Shown: positions 53,277 to 64,000 of the stretch, piece by piece
How the letters are laid out: each line of letters opens with the position of its first letter
How positions within the stretch are numbered: position 1 is the first letter of the stretch
DNA from: Trichoplax sp. H2
Lineage: Eukaryota
Reading direction: 5' to 3'
Assembly (NCBI GenBank): GCA_003344405.1
Contig: NOWV01000244.1
Location: 1-64,000, forward strand
Length of the DNA stretch: 64,000 nucleotides
Made by a program: the position numbers and the translations under genes
The notes under the pieces: model-generated
What the model was told of the DNA's origin: nothing
The model's input: only the letters and a program-made list of their open reading frames with translations
The model's database searches: none

Positions 53277-54629
53277 ATGCAAGTGATTATATTTCGTAAT
53301 CGATTCTACGCGTTTATTGCCATCATTTTCATTCTGGTTATAGCCTTTCTTTCGTTATCTAACTATACCAAACCTCGCAGCCAATATAGTAATGTTATTA
53401 AACTAAGTAAGGATACAGCTATGAAAGGATCGATTATGAAGAAGTCAAGAGGTGAAATGGAAGGCAATCTCAAGAGCAACGATGACAACCATGCAGACAG
53501 TGGGAATAGTAATAAACTAGTGGCAGCCAATCGAACGATTCATAATCCTGCTGTCTCTTATGATGTCCATATCTTTTACTATGCTTGGTATGGAAATCCT
53601 GAAAATGATGCAAAGTATATCCATTGGAATCATCAGTATCTTAAGCATTGGGAGTCTGCTGTAGCTGAGCGATACAAGAAATATTCAGGCCGTCATGCTC
53701 CACCAGATGATATTGGAGCTAATTTTTATCCTTTTTTAGGTCCGTATAGCTCTTGGAATAAAACCATCATTCAAGATCATATGAAACAGATCCAACTTGC
53801 AGGAGCAGGAGTCGTCGTTCTTTCATGGTATCCTCCTGGAAAATCCGATCCGGAAGGAAAACCAAGCGATTCCGCTGTTTTACCCCTTTTGTTAGCTGCT
53901 GACGAGCACAATCTGAAGATTACTTTTCATATCGAGCCCTACAAGGATCGGACACCTGATTCTGTACGAAACGATATCAAGTACATTATTGATACATACG
54001 GCCATTACCCATCCTTCTATAAGCGTAAATGGAAAGGACAACAACTACCACTAATCTATGTATACGATTCTTATCATATCAAGCCAAAAGCCTGGAAAGA
54101 AGTTCTGACACGCGAAGGCACCAATACCATTCGTGGAACTAAATATGACGCGATTGTAATCGCCTTGTTAGTAGATGAACATCATAAATCATTTATAACG
54201 ACTGGAGGCTTTGACGGCTTTTATACTTACTTTGCCGCAGATGGTTTTACATATGGATCAAGAAAGGAAAACTGGAAAAATCTCAAGCAATTTTCTCTAG
54301 AATCATCATCCATTTTTATTCCTAGTGTTGGACCGGGTTATATTGATACTCGAGTCCGACCATGGAATAGTCAAAATACACGTAACCGTTTAAATGGGGA
54401 TTACTATGATAAAGGAATGAACCATGCACTTGAAATTAACCCAAGTATAATATCAATAACTTCATTTAATGAATGGCATGAAGGAACACAAATAGAAAAG
54501 GCTGTCCACAAAGAATATTTAGATTTTAAATATCTCGATTATAGCCCTCAGGAGCCTGATTTTTACTTAAAGTTAACGCGAAAATGGGTACATAAATTTA
54601 TGAGAAGGAAAAGAGTACAATCATTGTAG
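53277..54629 (+). CDS. MANEA: Glycoprotein endo-alpha-1,2-mannosidase (GH99), single exon
   Basis: Uninterrupted ORF with N-terminal TM (FYAFIAIIFILVIAFLSL), VHIFYYAWYGNP, DDIGANFYPFLGPYSS, FHIEPY, GFDGFYTYFA, FIPSVGPGYIDT.VRPWN and catalytic ITSFNEWHEGTQIE. First ATG at 53277. Confidence 0.96.
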   Translation: MQVIIFRNRFYAFIAIIFILVIAFLSLSNYTKPRSQYSNVIKLSKDTAMKGSIMKKSRGEMEGNLKSNDDNHADSGNSNKLVAANRTIHNPAVSYDVHIFYYAWYGNPENDAKYIHWNHQYLKHWESAVAERYKKYSGRHAPPDDIGANFYPFLGPYSSWNKTIIQDHMKQIQLAGAGVVVLSWYPPGKSDPEGKPSDSAVLPLLLAADEHNLKITFHIEPYKDRTPDSVRNDIKYIIDTYGHYPSFYKRKWKGQQLPLIYVYDSYHIKPKAWKEVLTREGTNTIRGTKYDAIVIALLVDEHHKSFITTGGFDGFYTYFAADGFTYGSRKENWKNLKQFSLESSSIFIPSVGPGYIDTRVRPWNSQNTRNRLNGDYYDKGMNHALEINPSIISITSFNEWHEGTQIEKAVHKEYLDFKYLDYSPQEPDFYLKLTRKWVHKFMRRKRVQSL

Positions 54630-56715
54630 GTTGCATCTATAGTGAATAAGAAGCAGATGCAGGTTATTGTACCTGTCATAGAAATGCGATCTTGACGACC
54701 TTTTGGATATGGTTGACTGTAAAATACGTACAGGATTGCAGATTAATAATTATGGATGTGTCATCTGCGATGTGTATAACAGTAAGATGGGTATGTCTGT
54801 ACTCATGTACAGCAATCATCGATATGCTCGTCTTGAGAAATACAGTATCTTAAGCATTTCTTTTTGAAATGCAGTTTACACTCTGTACAATATCAATGTA
54901 GATTGTAGATTCTGTGGTGTATGCGACGATGGGGATATTTAGTAATATACTCGTAGCTATTTTATTGGTAAGAAGAGCAATAATCGACTTTTGCGTGTTT
55001 CTCATATAATAGAATTACAATCTTTCAAGACATCCCTCAGCAGTTTCTACATTAAAATAAAAATCTAGATTGTAGATTATGCACTAAAAGTAACTATTAT
55101 TAAAATGTTGGAATAGGCGAACGTTTTTGTAAGTTAGTGAAGCAGTCGTCGCGGAACATATTTCGAAATTAGTGGTATTTCTTGAAATTGTACAATATAC
55201 TCGTGCTTCCAGACGAGCTACACTTTTATTTTATACTTTGACAATTTCTATTTTAGAAATAAATTGCTAGAACAATTTCAAAATTTGTACACAACGGTGT
55301 CTACTTGAGTGCCTAACAATTCAGTTTTTATAAACATGGTACGAGCAATCGCCAATTCCTTATTGGTACTTCATCTACAACCATTCAATTATATTACTGC
55401 ATCAACATTTGGTATCTTTGCGATGATTTCATATCTAATAACACGATATGTTACGGGCAATGTTTTCAATCGCGCGATGTATTACAAAACTTGGCCATCA
55501 CAGGCATTAACAGCATATTTCACGATCAATATGATTCATTTAATCATGATCACAAGGTAAAGTGACCAGGGCAGATTTAGAATTCTTCATTAGGATAAGT
55601 AAGCGATCATCAATCACACGCTAACTAGTACAAATATCAGAGCTCAAATAGCGGTTATTGCTTTCAAAATTTAAAGCTTGTTTTTGAGTGTCACCTTTCC
55701 TATCCTCTTTCCTGGGTCATTAACCGCTGTTAAATAAATAGCTTCGCACCTATTTCACTTTATCTAAACTTTAATGTAACTTGACAGCTTTCGATAAGAT
55801 AGATTTACTGTATGTAGTTTTTAAATTTGACCATAAATGATATGAACTAACGCTTATACCTTCTAGCTAAAGCTATAGTTTTCTGTTACAGACCATCTTT
55901 TAATAAGTGATTATTCTTAAATCCCTACTCAATCCTTAACTATACAATTCTCGAATTACAAGATTGATTTCAAAGGCGTCGTGATCGTTGATGTACGATT
56001 CAGGATAATGAAGCGATTCAAAATTATCTTAGTCGCAAAAGCGTGACCAACTTTTCTTCCTAAGCATCAAGGCTCCAAAAACAAGTAAAAATAATTACGA
56101 TTTTTATATTGTATAATCGGTTAATTTCAGTGATTTTATCCAATGTGAAGAGGATCACAAATTGTTATACGACCCAAAGCAACGAATCGAGATACATTGC
56201 GTAAAAGTATCTAGACTATCAAAAGATGAATAAATTTCATAAGACTGAAAACTGTTCGATATAGGTTACAAAGTGTTCCTATCCTGCACTGGTAATAATC
56301 GTCCAAATACTATTGTTAAGTTCAAAGCTAAGGAATAAGCGAATAGCATATCGAAATTGTAATTTATCTACGCTACTAGACTATCCTTTCAACTGTACCG
56401 ACATTAGCTACAAGATTCTTTCATATTTATAGCAGGCGAAATTACAGCGTTTCAGGACAATACTATACAATCCTTCATTAAAGTTGTAATAGACTGTAGT
56501 ACCAATAACATTACCTCCCGCGCAATTAACGGGACCAGCTTAATATATGATTATCGTGACACTAATATAGAACAAATACTTAAAAACTATTTTTAAGTTA
56601 ATTAAATAGCAATAATATCATAATCGGTATTTGAAATTCAATACGGCATTAATCCATTCTCCATTCCAATTTTAAGGCTAAACCTTATCTTCCATATTCA
56701 AAGCGGTAGCAATTT

Positions 56716-58996
56716 TTATATCTAGATAGTATCCAATTAGTAACGTCAAGAAAATGAGTCGCAGGTAGTGATGAGCACATGTAATCATACACCAGCACAT
56801 CCAGTAAAGAAGTGCTTTCCAAAACTGACCATCATAGTCAATTTCATATTAGAAATACTGCTCAATCAACATTGCTACGCGTATGGTAAATATCGACAAC
56901 TTACATCATCAATTTCATCATCTTCTTGATCAATATCGAAAGTGATATCGTCTTCTTCTTCGTTTTCCATTGTTCCTGTATCAGCAATTTTAGCTGCAAA
57001 CGATTGAATACATTGGTTGTCAATTCAAGCGCAATGATACATCATAATGAAAAGATTGATGAATGTACCATTTTCAGGCAATTCTCCATACGCTTTTAGA
57101 TTTCTTGCTTCATCGGCCGTATATTTCAGAATAACATCAGCTTTAGCATCCTAATTGGATAATTGGATCAATCTGTTCAGTCATCATTGTGAACAACGAT
57201 AATAATAATACAGAATGTTTACAGTAGCGTTAGCTAATAAATCATGCCAGTCATGTGTGATCACTTAAGAGCACATTTTCAAAACAGGAATCCACTTACA
57301 AATCATTTCAATGACACTAAATGCATCATTGACTTTATCTCAAAGCATTAAGATAGATGAAAATAAAGCAGCTGGGAATAATTATGAATTCAATCGATTG
57401 AGATATGTAGGTAGTACGCACCTGGTAGTCTCTTAACCCAAGAAGTATAATATCACCTTGATTAATCCATACCTGCAATTTGAAATGAGAGTTTTAAGAG
57501 TTAGCATTTACTGGCATTTAGGCCAAAACTATTTCATGTCTTCAACTGATTATTCTCCAATTGAGGTAGGTCAAACTATTTTATGTCTTGTATGAGCTAT
57601 TCTCAAATTGACGTCGGTCAAACTATTTCATGTCTTGTACTGGTTCTCTCCCAATTGACGTAGGTCAAACTATTTCATTTCATTTGTACTGGCTATTCTT
57701 AAATTGACGTAGGTCAAGCTATTTCATGTTTTGTACTGGTTATTTTCCAATTGAGGTAGGTTAAACTATTTTATGTCTTGTACTGGCTATTCTCAAATTG
57801 ACTTCGGTCAAACTATTTCATTTCTTGTACTGGCTATTCTCCAATTGAGGTAGGTCAAACTATTTCATTTCATTTGTACTGGCTATTCTCAAATTGATGT
57901 AGGTAAAGCTATTATATGTCTTGTACTGGTTCTTTTCCAATTGACGTAGGTCAAACTATTTCATTTCATTTGTACTGGCTATTCTCAAATTGACGTCGAA
58001 CAGTTGTTGTCGAATTGATTTTAGCTACAGAAATGATCAGTAAGCAAAGCTTGAATTGAGGCACTACTGTAACATAAGAAAATTGACAATCTTTCAAGTC
58101 ATACACTGATCAACTAGTATTTTGATGCCAATTTGGATAGACAAGAGCATTGTCTTGTATGATGAATAATGTATTTTGCAGTGGAAGATGCGTTATGGAC
58201 ATTTGTTACGGTGTGTGGTATTGGAGGTTATCATCAAAGTAATTTTCGACTCAATACTGTGGGTAAAATGAGGGTCAATTACCGAGGACAAAGATGACAT
58301 GGAAGAAGTGGCACTGCATGTTTACAAACTATTCCATAAAGGTAGGAAAACGAACATGGCCGTGATGTGGGAATGATTGCTTTGGTGCATTCTACTTGTA
58401 TGTGAACAAACAGAATCACTTAGATAGCCTACTGATTGCTATTGCGACGAACAATTGATGACACTGTATGGGAAGAATATGAAAATGAATTTCCAGCAAG
58501 TATGTGCGTATTTTCAATTGTATTTGTAGCCAGTAAACGATACCTTTTTACGTAACTTTCCACGTATATGGCATAACCGTTTGGTTCCATCAAAGCAAAA
58601 CGCTTCCAATCTGCCATTGCCTAACATCTTAATGACTTGAGCGTATTCTGAAAGTGGTTTATCTCATTAGTAAGGCATGAAGTCAAGAGGAATGTGTAGA
58701 ACAAGGAAAGGCATATCATACTGTCATCATGCTTCTGTACAAACAAGAGCTAAAATGGATATAAAAACCTTGTCCATCTTCTTTAAAAATCAGTTCACGC
58801 TTCTCGGATTCATTTTCATTCTTACCACGGCGGCGATTTTTACCTCCCTTACCTAGACACGAGTATTGGCAATTTTAGACGCTATCGTCATTCTCTCCAT
58901 GCTATCCTCTACAATCAAGTAGTCAATCATGATCGTTGCACACTTGTCTCTTGTGCATCGCTAAAAACGCTAATAAATACCTTTATTTTTGGGCAT
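56716..58996 (-). CDS. EIF1A: Eukaryotic translation initiation factor 1A, 7 exons
   Basis: [121 protein letters not shown]. Coding exon lengths 16, 84, 104, 51, 82, 89 and 6 nt. Confidence 0.97.
57521..57997. repeat. Minisatellite, 10 units of 47-49 bp, in eIF1A intron 3
   Basis: ggtcaaactatttcatgtcttgtactggctattctcaaattgacgta starts at about 57521, 57569, 57616, 57663, 57712, 57759, 57806, 57853, 57902 and 57949. Confidence 0.95.
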
Positions 58997-59199
58997 GTTG
59001 GTCTTGACAGTAATCGATTACTGAATAATAAGGAAATGAAAGAATCAAAGAGTCGCAAGATACAAGGCCAATGGAATAGAGATCAACGATGGACTAATGT
59101 TGAAGTGATTTCTGATGGCTAATTACCGTCTTGACTCGCTTGGCTGAGTGTTGATGAACACGAGACAGTGGTGTAGAGTACGGCGGTAATCTTTTCTGG

Positions 59200-60535
59200 C
59201 TACAGTCCATTGTACTGTAGTTTACAGTACAGTACAGTACTGGACAATACTGTAGTGTACTGTACTGCTCATACACACTGTACTCTGTCATACTGTACTG
59301 TGCTGTACTGTACAGGAAAGGACGACCAATACTGTTCCCACTGTGTACTGTAGTTCATGAGCTTCATTCAATAAATTGATGGATTATGCTGTACAGTGTG
59401 CAGTACTGTACAATTCCATTCTACTAGGTAAAATAAGCAATTCTTGACACAGTCATTTCTCCATGACTGTAAGTTGAAGTAAAAAGATCTCAATCGTTGA
59501 ATACTAACTCTATACAGTAGACTCCACTGACAAAGTGAGTCACAATACTCGCCATGACGGCGTAGTATACGCATGGTCTGGGAGCCAAGACTGCGCGTGC
59601 TCAATCCAGGGACGATAGTACCGTCCAGTTCTTGCTCCACTTTGGATACTATAACTTAGCACTGTACAGACACAGTACTGTACACTGTACAGTACAGTAG
59701 TGGATTTCTCTTACTACAGTAGAACTTTTGACAGTTTACAGTACATGTACCGTATCTCATTCATTGAATTAGCATTGTACTCTACAGTACAGTACCGTCA
59801 CTACATACAGTACAGTACAGTACAGTACTTTACTGTACTACATTACTATACACTGTAGAGGATGATGCAGCAAGCTGTATCATGACCAAGTCTACCTACT
59901 ATACTGTACGGTGTAGGCATACTTAGAACAGTTACGGTACCCTAGCGTACAGTACCGTATATACTATACAGTACTGTACACTGTACAGTAGGATACCAAC
60001 ATGACACTACCGTGGATTACTGTACAGTACAGTGTACAGTGTACAGTGCGTAGTAGTACTGTACTCAAAGCTATTTTTAGTACAGTACGCCTTGTCGTAC
60101 AGTACACTGTACTGTACCGTAGCCTACGAAACTTCATACTGTACACTGTACAGGACAGTACCATAGAGGATGATGCAGCAAGCTGTATCATGACCAAGTC
60201 TAGCTATTATACTGTACTGTACAGTACTGTACGGTGTAGACATACAGTACTTAGAACAGTCACGGTACCCTAGCGTACAGTGTACAGTGCGTAGTAGTAC
60301 TGTAATCAAAGCTATTTTTAGTACAGTGTACTGTACTGTACTGTACTGTACAGTGTACAGTGTACAGTGCGTAGTAGTACTGTAATCAAAGCTATTTTTA
60401 GTACAGTGTACTGTACAGTACTGTACCGTAGCCTACGAAACTTCATACTGTACACTGTACAGGACAGTACCATACAGGATGATGCTGCAAGCTGTATCAT
60501 GACCAAGTCTAGCTGCTATACTGTACGGTGTAGGC
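59200..60535. repeat. TACAG/CTGTA-rich region containing a ~310-bp triplicated unit between the divergent eIF1A and ZFAND2B genes
   Basis: Dense (TACAG)n/(CTGTA)n runs. aggatgatgc(a/t)gcaagctgtatcatgaccaagtcta..tactgtacggtgtag occurs at about 59859, 60167 and 60477. Confidence 0.9.
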
Positions 60536-60671
60536 GTTCAACACCCCACCGTACGGTAGTCAGAATTGTGTTGATGTCGCTGAAAGTGTTTCGTCATCAT
60601 GTAGCTTCAATCACAACAAATCGAATCCTGGCAACCGGCCGCGATAGGCTACAGCAGCAGCTTGAATGGTG

Positions 60672-63604
60672 ATGGAGTTCCCTCAATTAGGCCAAAATTG
60701 CTCCAATCCTCAATGCTCAAGATTAGGTAGATGGCCACCATTGACATCAGTGATAGTACAAGTAGAGTAGAGAGTACTGATACCTATTTTTCAAATGCAG
60801 TTGCTACTTGCTTGCTACAATCTTACTGTCAGGGATGATGTTGATGACATTGTTTTGCGGATAGGATAGGGATGGCATGATCAATGAATAGGCTCAATTT
60901 GCTTTGCAGTTGCTAATCGATCTTATTAGAGAGGAAAAAATGTGGGAAATGCCACAATTTGTACTAGACTCATTCTATTAGTAAATAAAAGCTGGAGTCA
61001 GCATGCTGTAGTTGAAGAATATCCCATCTCATAAATCGCCATGACGCCAGTTGATAGTCTTGCCCTAGTATGACTTACCTTCCATTCGATGTGCTGTAAA
61101 ATGGTGTGTAGAAAGTACTACTGACGTAGCCTATCTTCCAGTCTACTATCATGTATCCATCTTGATGTAAAATATCCTGCATTTTCATCAACATTATTGA
61201 CATTGCATAGGCAATTGCAACTGGTATACTCTATACTAGCTTTTGATCAACGCATCTTCTTGACTGCTAGTTCATACGCCAAATGGTAATCCTTCTGTAA
61301 CCTGCTTATATCCCTCAAAGCCATCTTTACTTGCTTGCATGCATACAAGTCGTTTCTTGATAGCAGGCCAATCTAGATCGATTACCAATTTCTAAATCTA
61401 GTGACAAGAATGGATACTTATCGGAAATAATTGATAGTCCAACATTCTAAATGTCAATTTGAGCACCGTAGTATTGATTAAATCCATCAAAAAAATATTA
61501 CATTTGTAATAAGGAGAACATCATATTATATTATTGGTTCGTAAATACTACTTGTGTATACTAATTCAGCAAATAAAGTAGCAATTACTTACTACAGACT
61601 TACATAAGGCATTGGTGTATGCTTTTAAAACTATGCTATACAGTAATTTGTTTAGAATTGGTTAAAGATGGAAACAATACCGCCTTAGATTCACGATAGA
61701 AGATATGTGAAGGTCTTACTATACTGTAGACATTGCAGTGATTTAGAATACAGCAATTGAAAACCTTTCATATCCATAGTGTAAGGAATGATTCAGTTAG
61801 ATACGACCTACAGTGTTGCCAAATTATTCATAACAATCTTCGTCTCTTCTGATGACGGAGTCGCAATGATACTGATATGTACTTGTATTTGAAACGTTTC
61901 CATTACCATTCTATTACAACGGAATTCAATGCTACTTTTTAGGATGTACAAGTACCTGTCTGCCCTTTATGCAATCAACCAGTACCAGTTGGTAAGGGTG
62001 AATCACCGGACGATAAGGTAATTTCATGTTTCGTTTACCTTATAAGACCTATGTGTAGTAAAGCAGTAAGGTGCGCCAGTCATTGTAGTTGTTGGTTAGG
62101 CTACTTAAGATTTAGTTGAAATATTCAATTGAAGTTTGTTACTCCAAATGGACGTTCTAATTGCAATTGGAAACGGATTATTTCTAAACTAACTGTCCGA
62201 TGAATCGATAGGTTAGTAGGCATATGGACAATGATTGCAAATTTGAGAAACCTGTTAAGCGAAGTAATCGATGCTCACTTAAAGGTTGCAAAATGATTGA
62301 GGTACGTATATTCGTAATTGATTAACGCTACTCAAATATGGATTGTAACGAGAATCAGCAACTGATTGGCAAATATTTACGTTAACATTCGCTTTGAATA
62401 TTAGCGAACAATTTACCATTATTAAACAATTATAATCACAACGTATACATGTACAGTCTTCTATCATGGTAAATGATACTGTATTGAATTTTTGCGCTTT
62501 TTTGGACTTTTGCAGCTAGTTCCTGTTGTCTGTCCTAGTTGTAAAAAAAACTTTTGCCTTAAACACCGACATGAACAGGATCATAACTGCCAACCTAGGT
62601 AAAAATCATTTCATTCCCAATGAACTAAATCTTTGTTGCCCAGAGTCAAAAAGTATCGGAAATAATCAATTTTAATGGACTGAAATATCTTTTACCTGTT
62701 AAAGGAAATGCACTGTTCTTTTATTTGATTATCAAATTAATTTAAGCTCCATATTTCTGGTGTATCTTCAAAATGTTTAAATTTGTCTAAACTAAAACAT
62801 GTTACTCATGATCTACAACCAGTAATAGGCTCGGTACGACTAAAACCATCAATCCGAGGCCGAAATACTCTTACCAGCAATCGACATTATCACAAATTGG
62901 GGGTTCACTTAACAGGTTGATTTACAATACCTAATTTAAATTATGGCTATTTAATATATCATTTCGGGTTCGTTCATACTTCAGTATTGTAACGCTTTAT
63001 AATGACAATAATAGACAAAGACAAGAGCGACTCCAAAGACAGCAATTAAGTTCGGCAAATGGCAATAAGAGACAGTTACCAGTACAAGAAAATTATGGAC
63101 AACTTCAGACTCAAATGGTAATATTTGATATCCGATATAGTACTTATATATTAGTTACATAAATGGTAGTAGAAATAAAAATTTAACTTTCCTTTACAAT
63201 TAGACAGAAGACGAAGCTTATGCGCTTGCAGTACAAGCATCTTTGGCAGATTCAGGCACGACGCATCAAGGAATGCAATCGTCAAGTTCGGCATCCAGGT
63301 TTATTTATTAACATTTTTAATTAAAGAGCAATAAATTCATTATGAACTACGCACTAAATACTAATAAAACGTCATTATTCATAAAGGCAACAAGAAGATT
63401 CTGACAAAGAATTAGCACAGGCTATCGCCGCATCATTGCAAGAATCCAACCCAACGAGGAAAGATCAGAAGGTATAGCGACCTTTTAATGTTCTTTTGAC
63501 TATTTCACTGTTACTACTGCAGTTTAGCATATTAATTAATTCTGATGTTCGATTGCTTTTTTTCTCAGAAATCGGAGAGCAAGTTTGACTGTGTTCTGTC
63601 GTAG
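60672..63604 (+). CDS. ZFAND2B: AN1-type zinc finger protein 2B / AIRAP-like (AN1 fingers, two UIMs, CAAX); expected exon 2 not found
   Basis: MEFPQLGQNCSNPQCSRL|..|DVQVPVCPLCNQPVPVGKGESPDDK|VSRHMDNDC..RCSLKGCKMIE|LVPVVCPSCKKNFCLKHRHEQDHNC..|TEDEAYALAVQASL..|QEDSDKELAQAIAASL..|KSESKFDCVLS* (stop 63602-63604). Confidence 0.88.
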
Positions 63605-64000
63605 CGTTCTGTTCAAATATGATTTTGATACTAATCGAAATACAATTTAATATCTGTCTTTTAATAATTCTGCGAGTATTTGGCATTTGTGCTATCCTGT
63701 AACGAAATATGCTCATTAAATAATATGCTATGTAATAGGTCTTTAATGTTATTAAAATATAAATATGTAAATAGATTATACAATTCGTCAGTAACTTCAC
63801 ATTATTCTGCCAAAAATAACGTAATTTAAAATGGAATTACTGATTGAAACCTGCAGGCCTTCGCTAAAACGGCACTGTACATAAAATGAATGAATTATTT
63901 CAACTTTTGTATTCGCTAATACGGACTATCGCTGAAATATTACTTCAGCCCGAATGCTCACGTACATTGATTCTTGATAGTAATAGTTATATGCTACTAT

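Noticed and set aside
57521..57997. CRISPR-like periodicity
   Set aside because: Units are repeated along their whole length with no unique spacers, lie in a spliceosomal intron, and no cas genes are present.
59094..60672. Cluster of short ORFs rich in Tyr/Ser/Thr/Val/Cys on both strands
   Set aside because: Translation artefacts of TACAG/CTGTA repeats, which seldom produce stops.

Overview
AT-rich eukaryotic (animal) genomic DNA with compact, intron-rich genes and two 20-N assembly gaps; nothing prokaryotic (no operons, CRISPR, rRNA or tRNA recognised). Short GT-AG introns, gene density and kinesin-light-chain-type TPR arrays suggest an early-branching metazoan such as the placozoan Trichoplax (inference, not verified). 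Ten spliced or single-exon genes were reconstructed by hand: SMC6 (-), a JmjC/cupin-8 dioxygenase (+), ZNHIT6/BCD1 (-), POLR2F/RPB6 (-), a DUF4062-NACHT (TEP1/NWD-like) STAND NTPase ending in a PHF5-like Cys/His domain (+), TRAPPC10 (-), a TPR-Roc/COR-Zn ribbon-Death domain gene (+), intronless MANEA/GH99 (+), eIF1A (-) and ZFAND2B/AIRAPL (+). There is also a possible decayed GPCR. Most interesting are: two immune-receptor-like NTPases of unusual architecture (an NLR-like protein with a PHF5-like zinc knot instead of WD40/TPR, and a Roco protein with degenerate G-boxes and a Death domain); an SMC6 with a non-canonical LSCGE signature and a duplicated SIM+NLS-like module; a U12-type AT-AC intron in TRAPPC10; TACAG/CTGTA clusters near the 5' ends of most genes; and introns enlarged by local tandem duplication, some seeded at splice sites. 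All domain calls come from motif recognition, not database searches.
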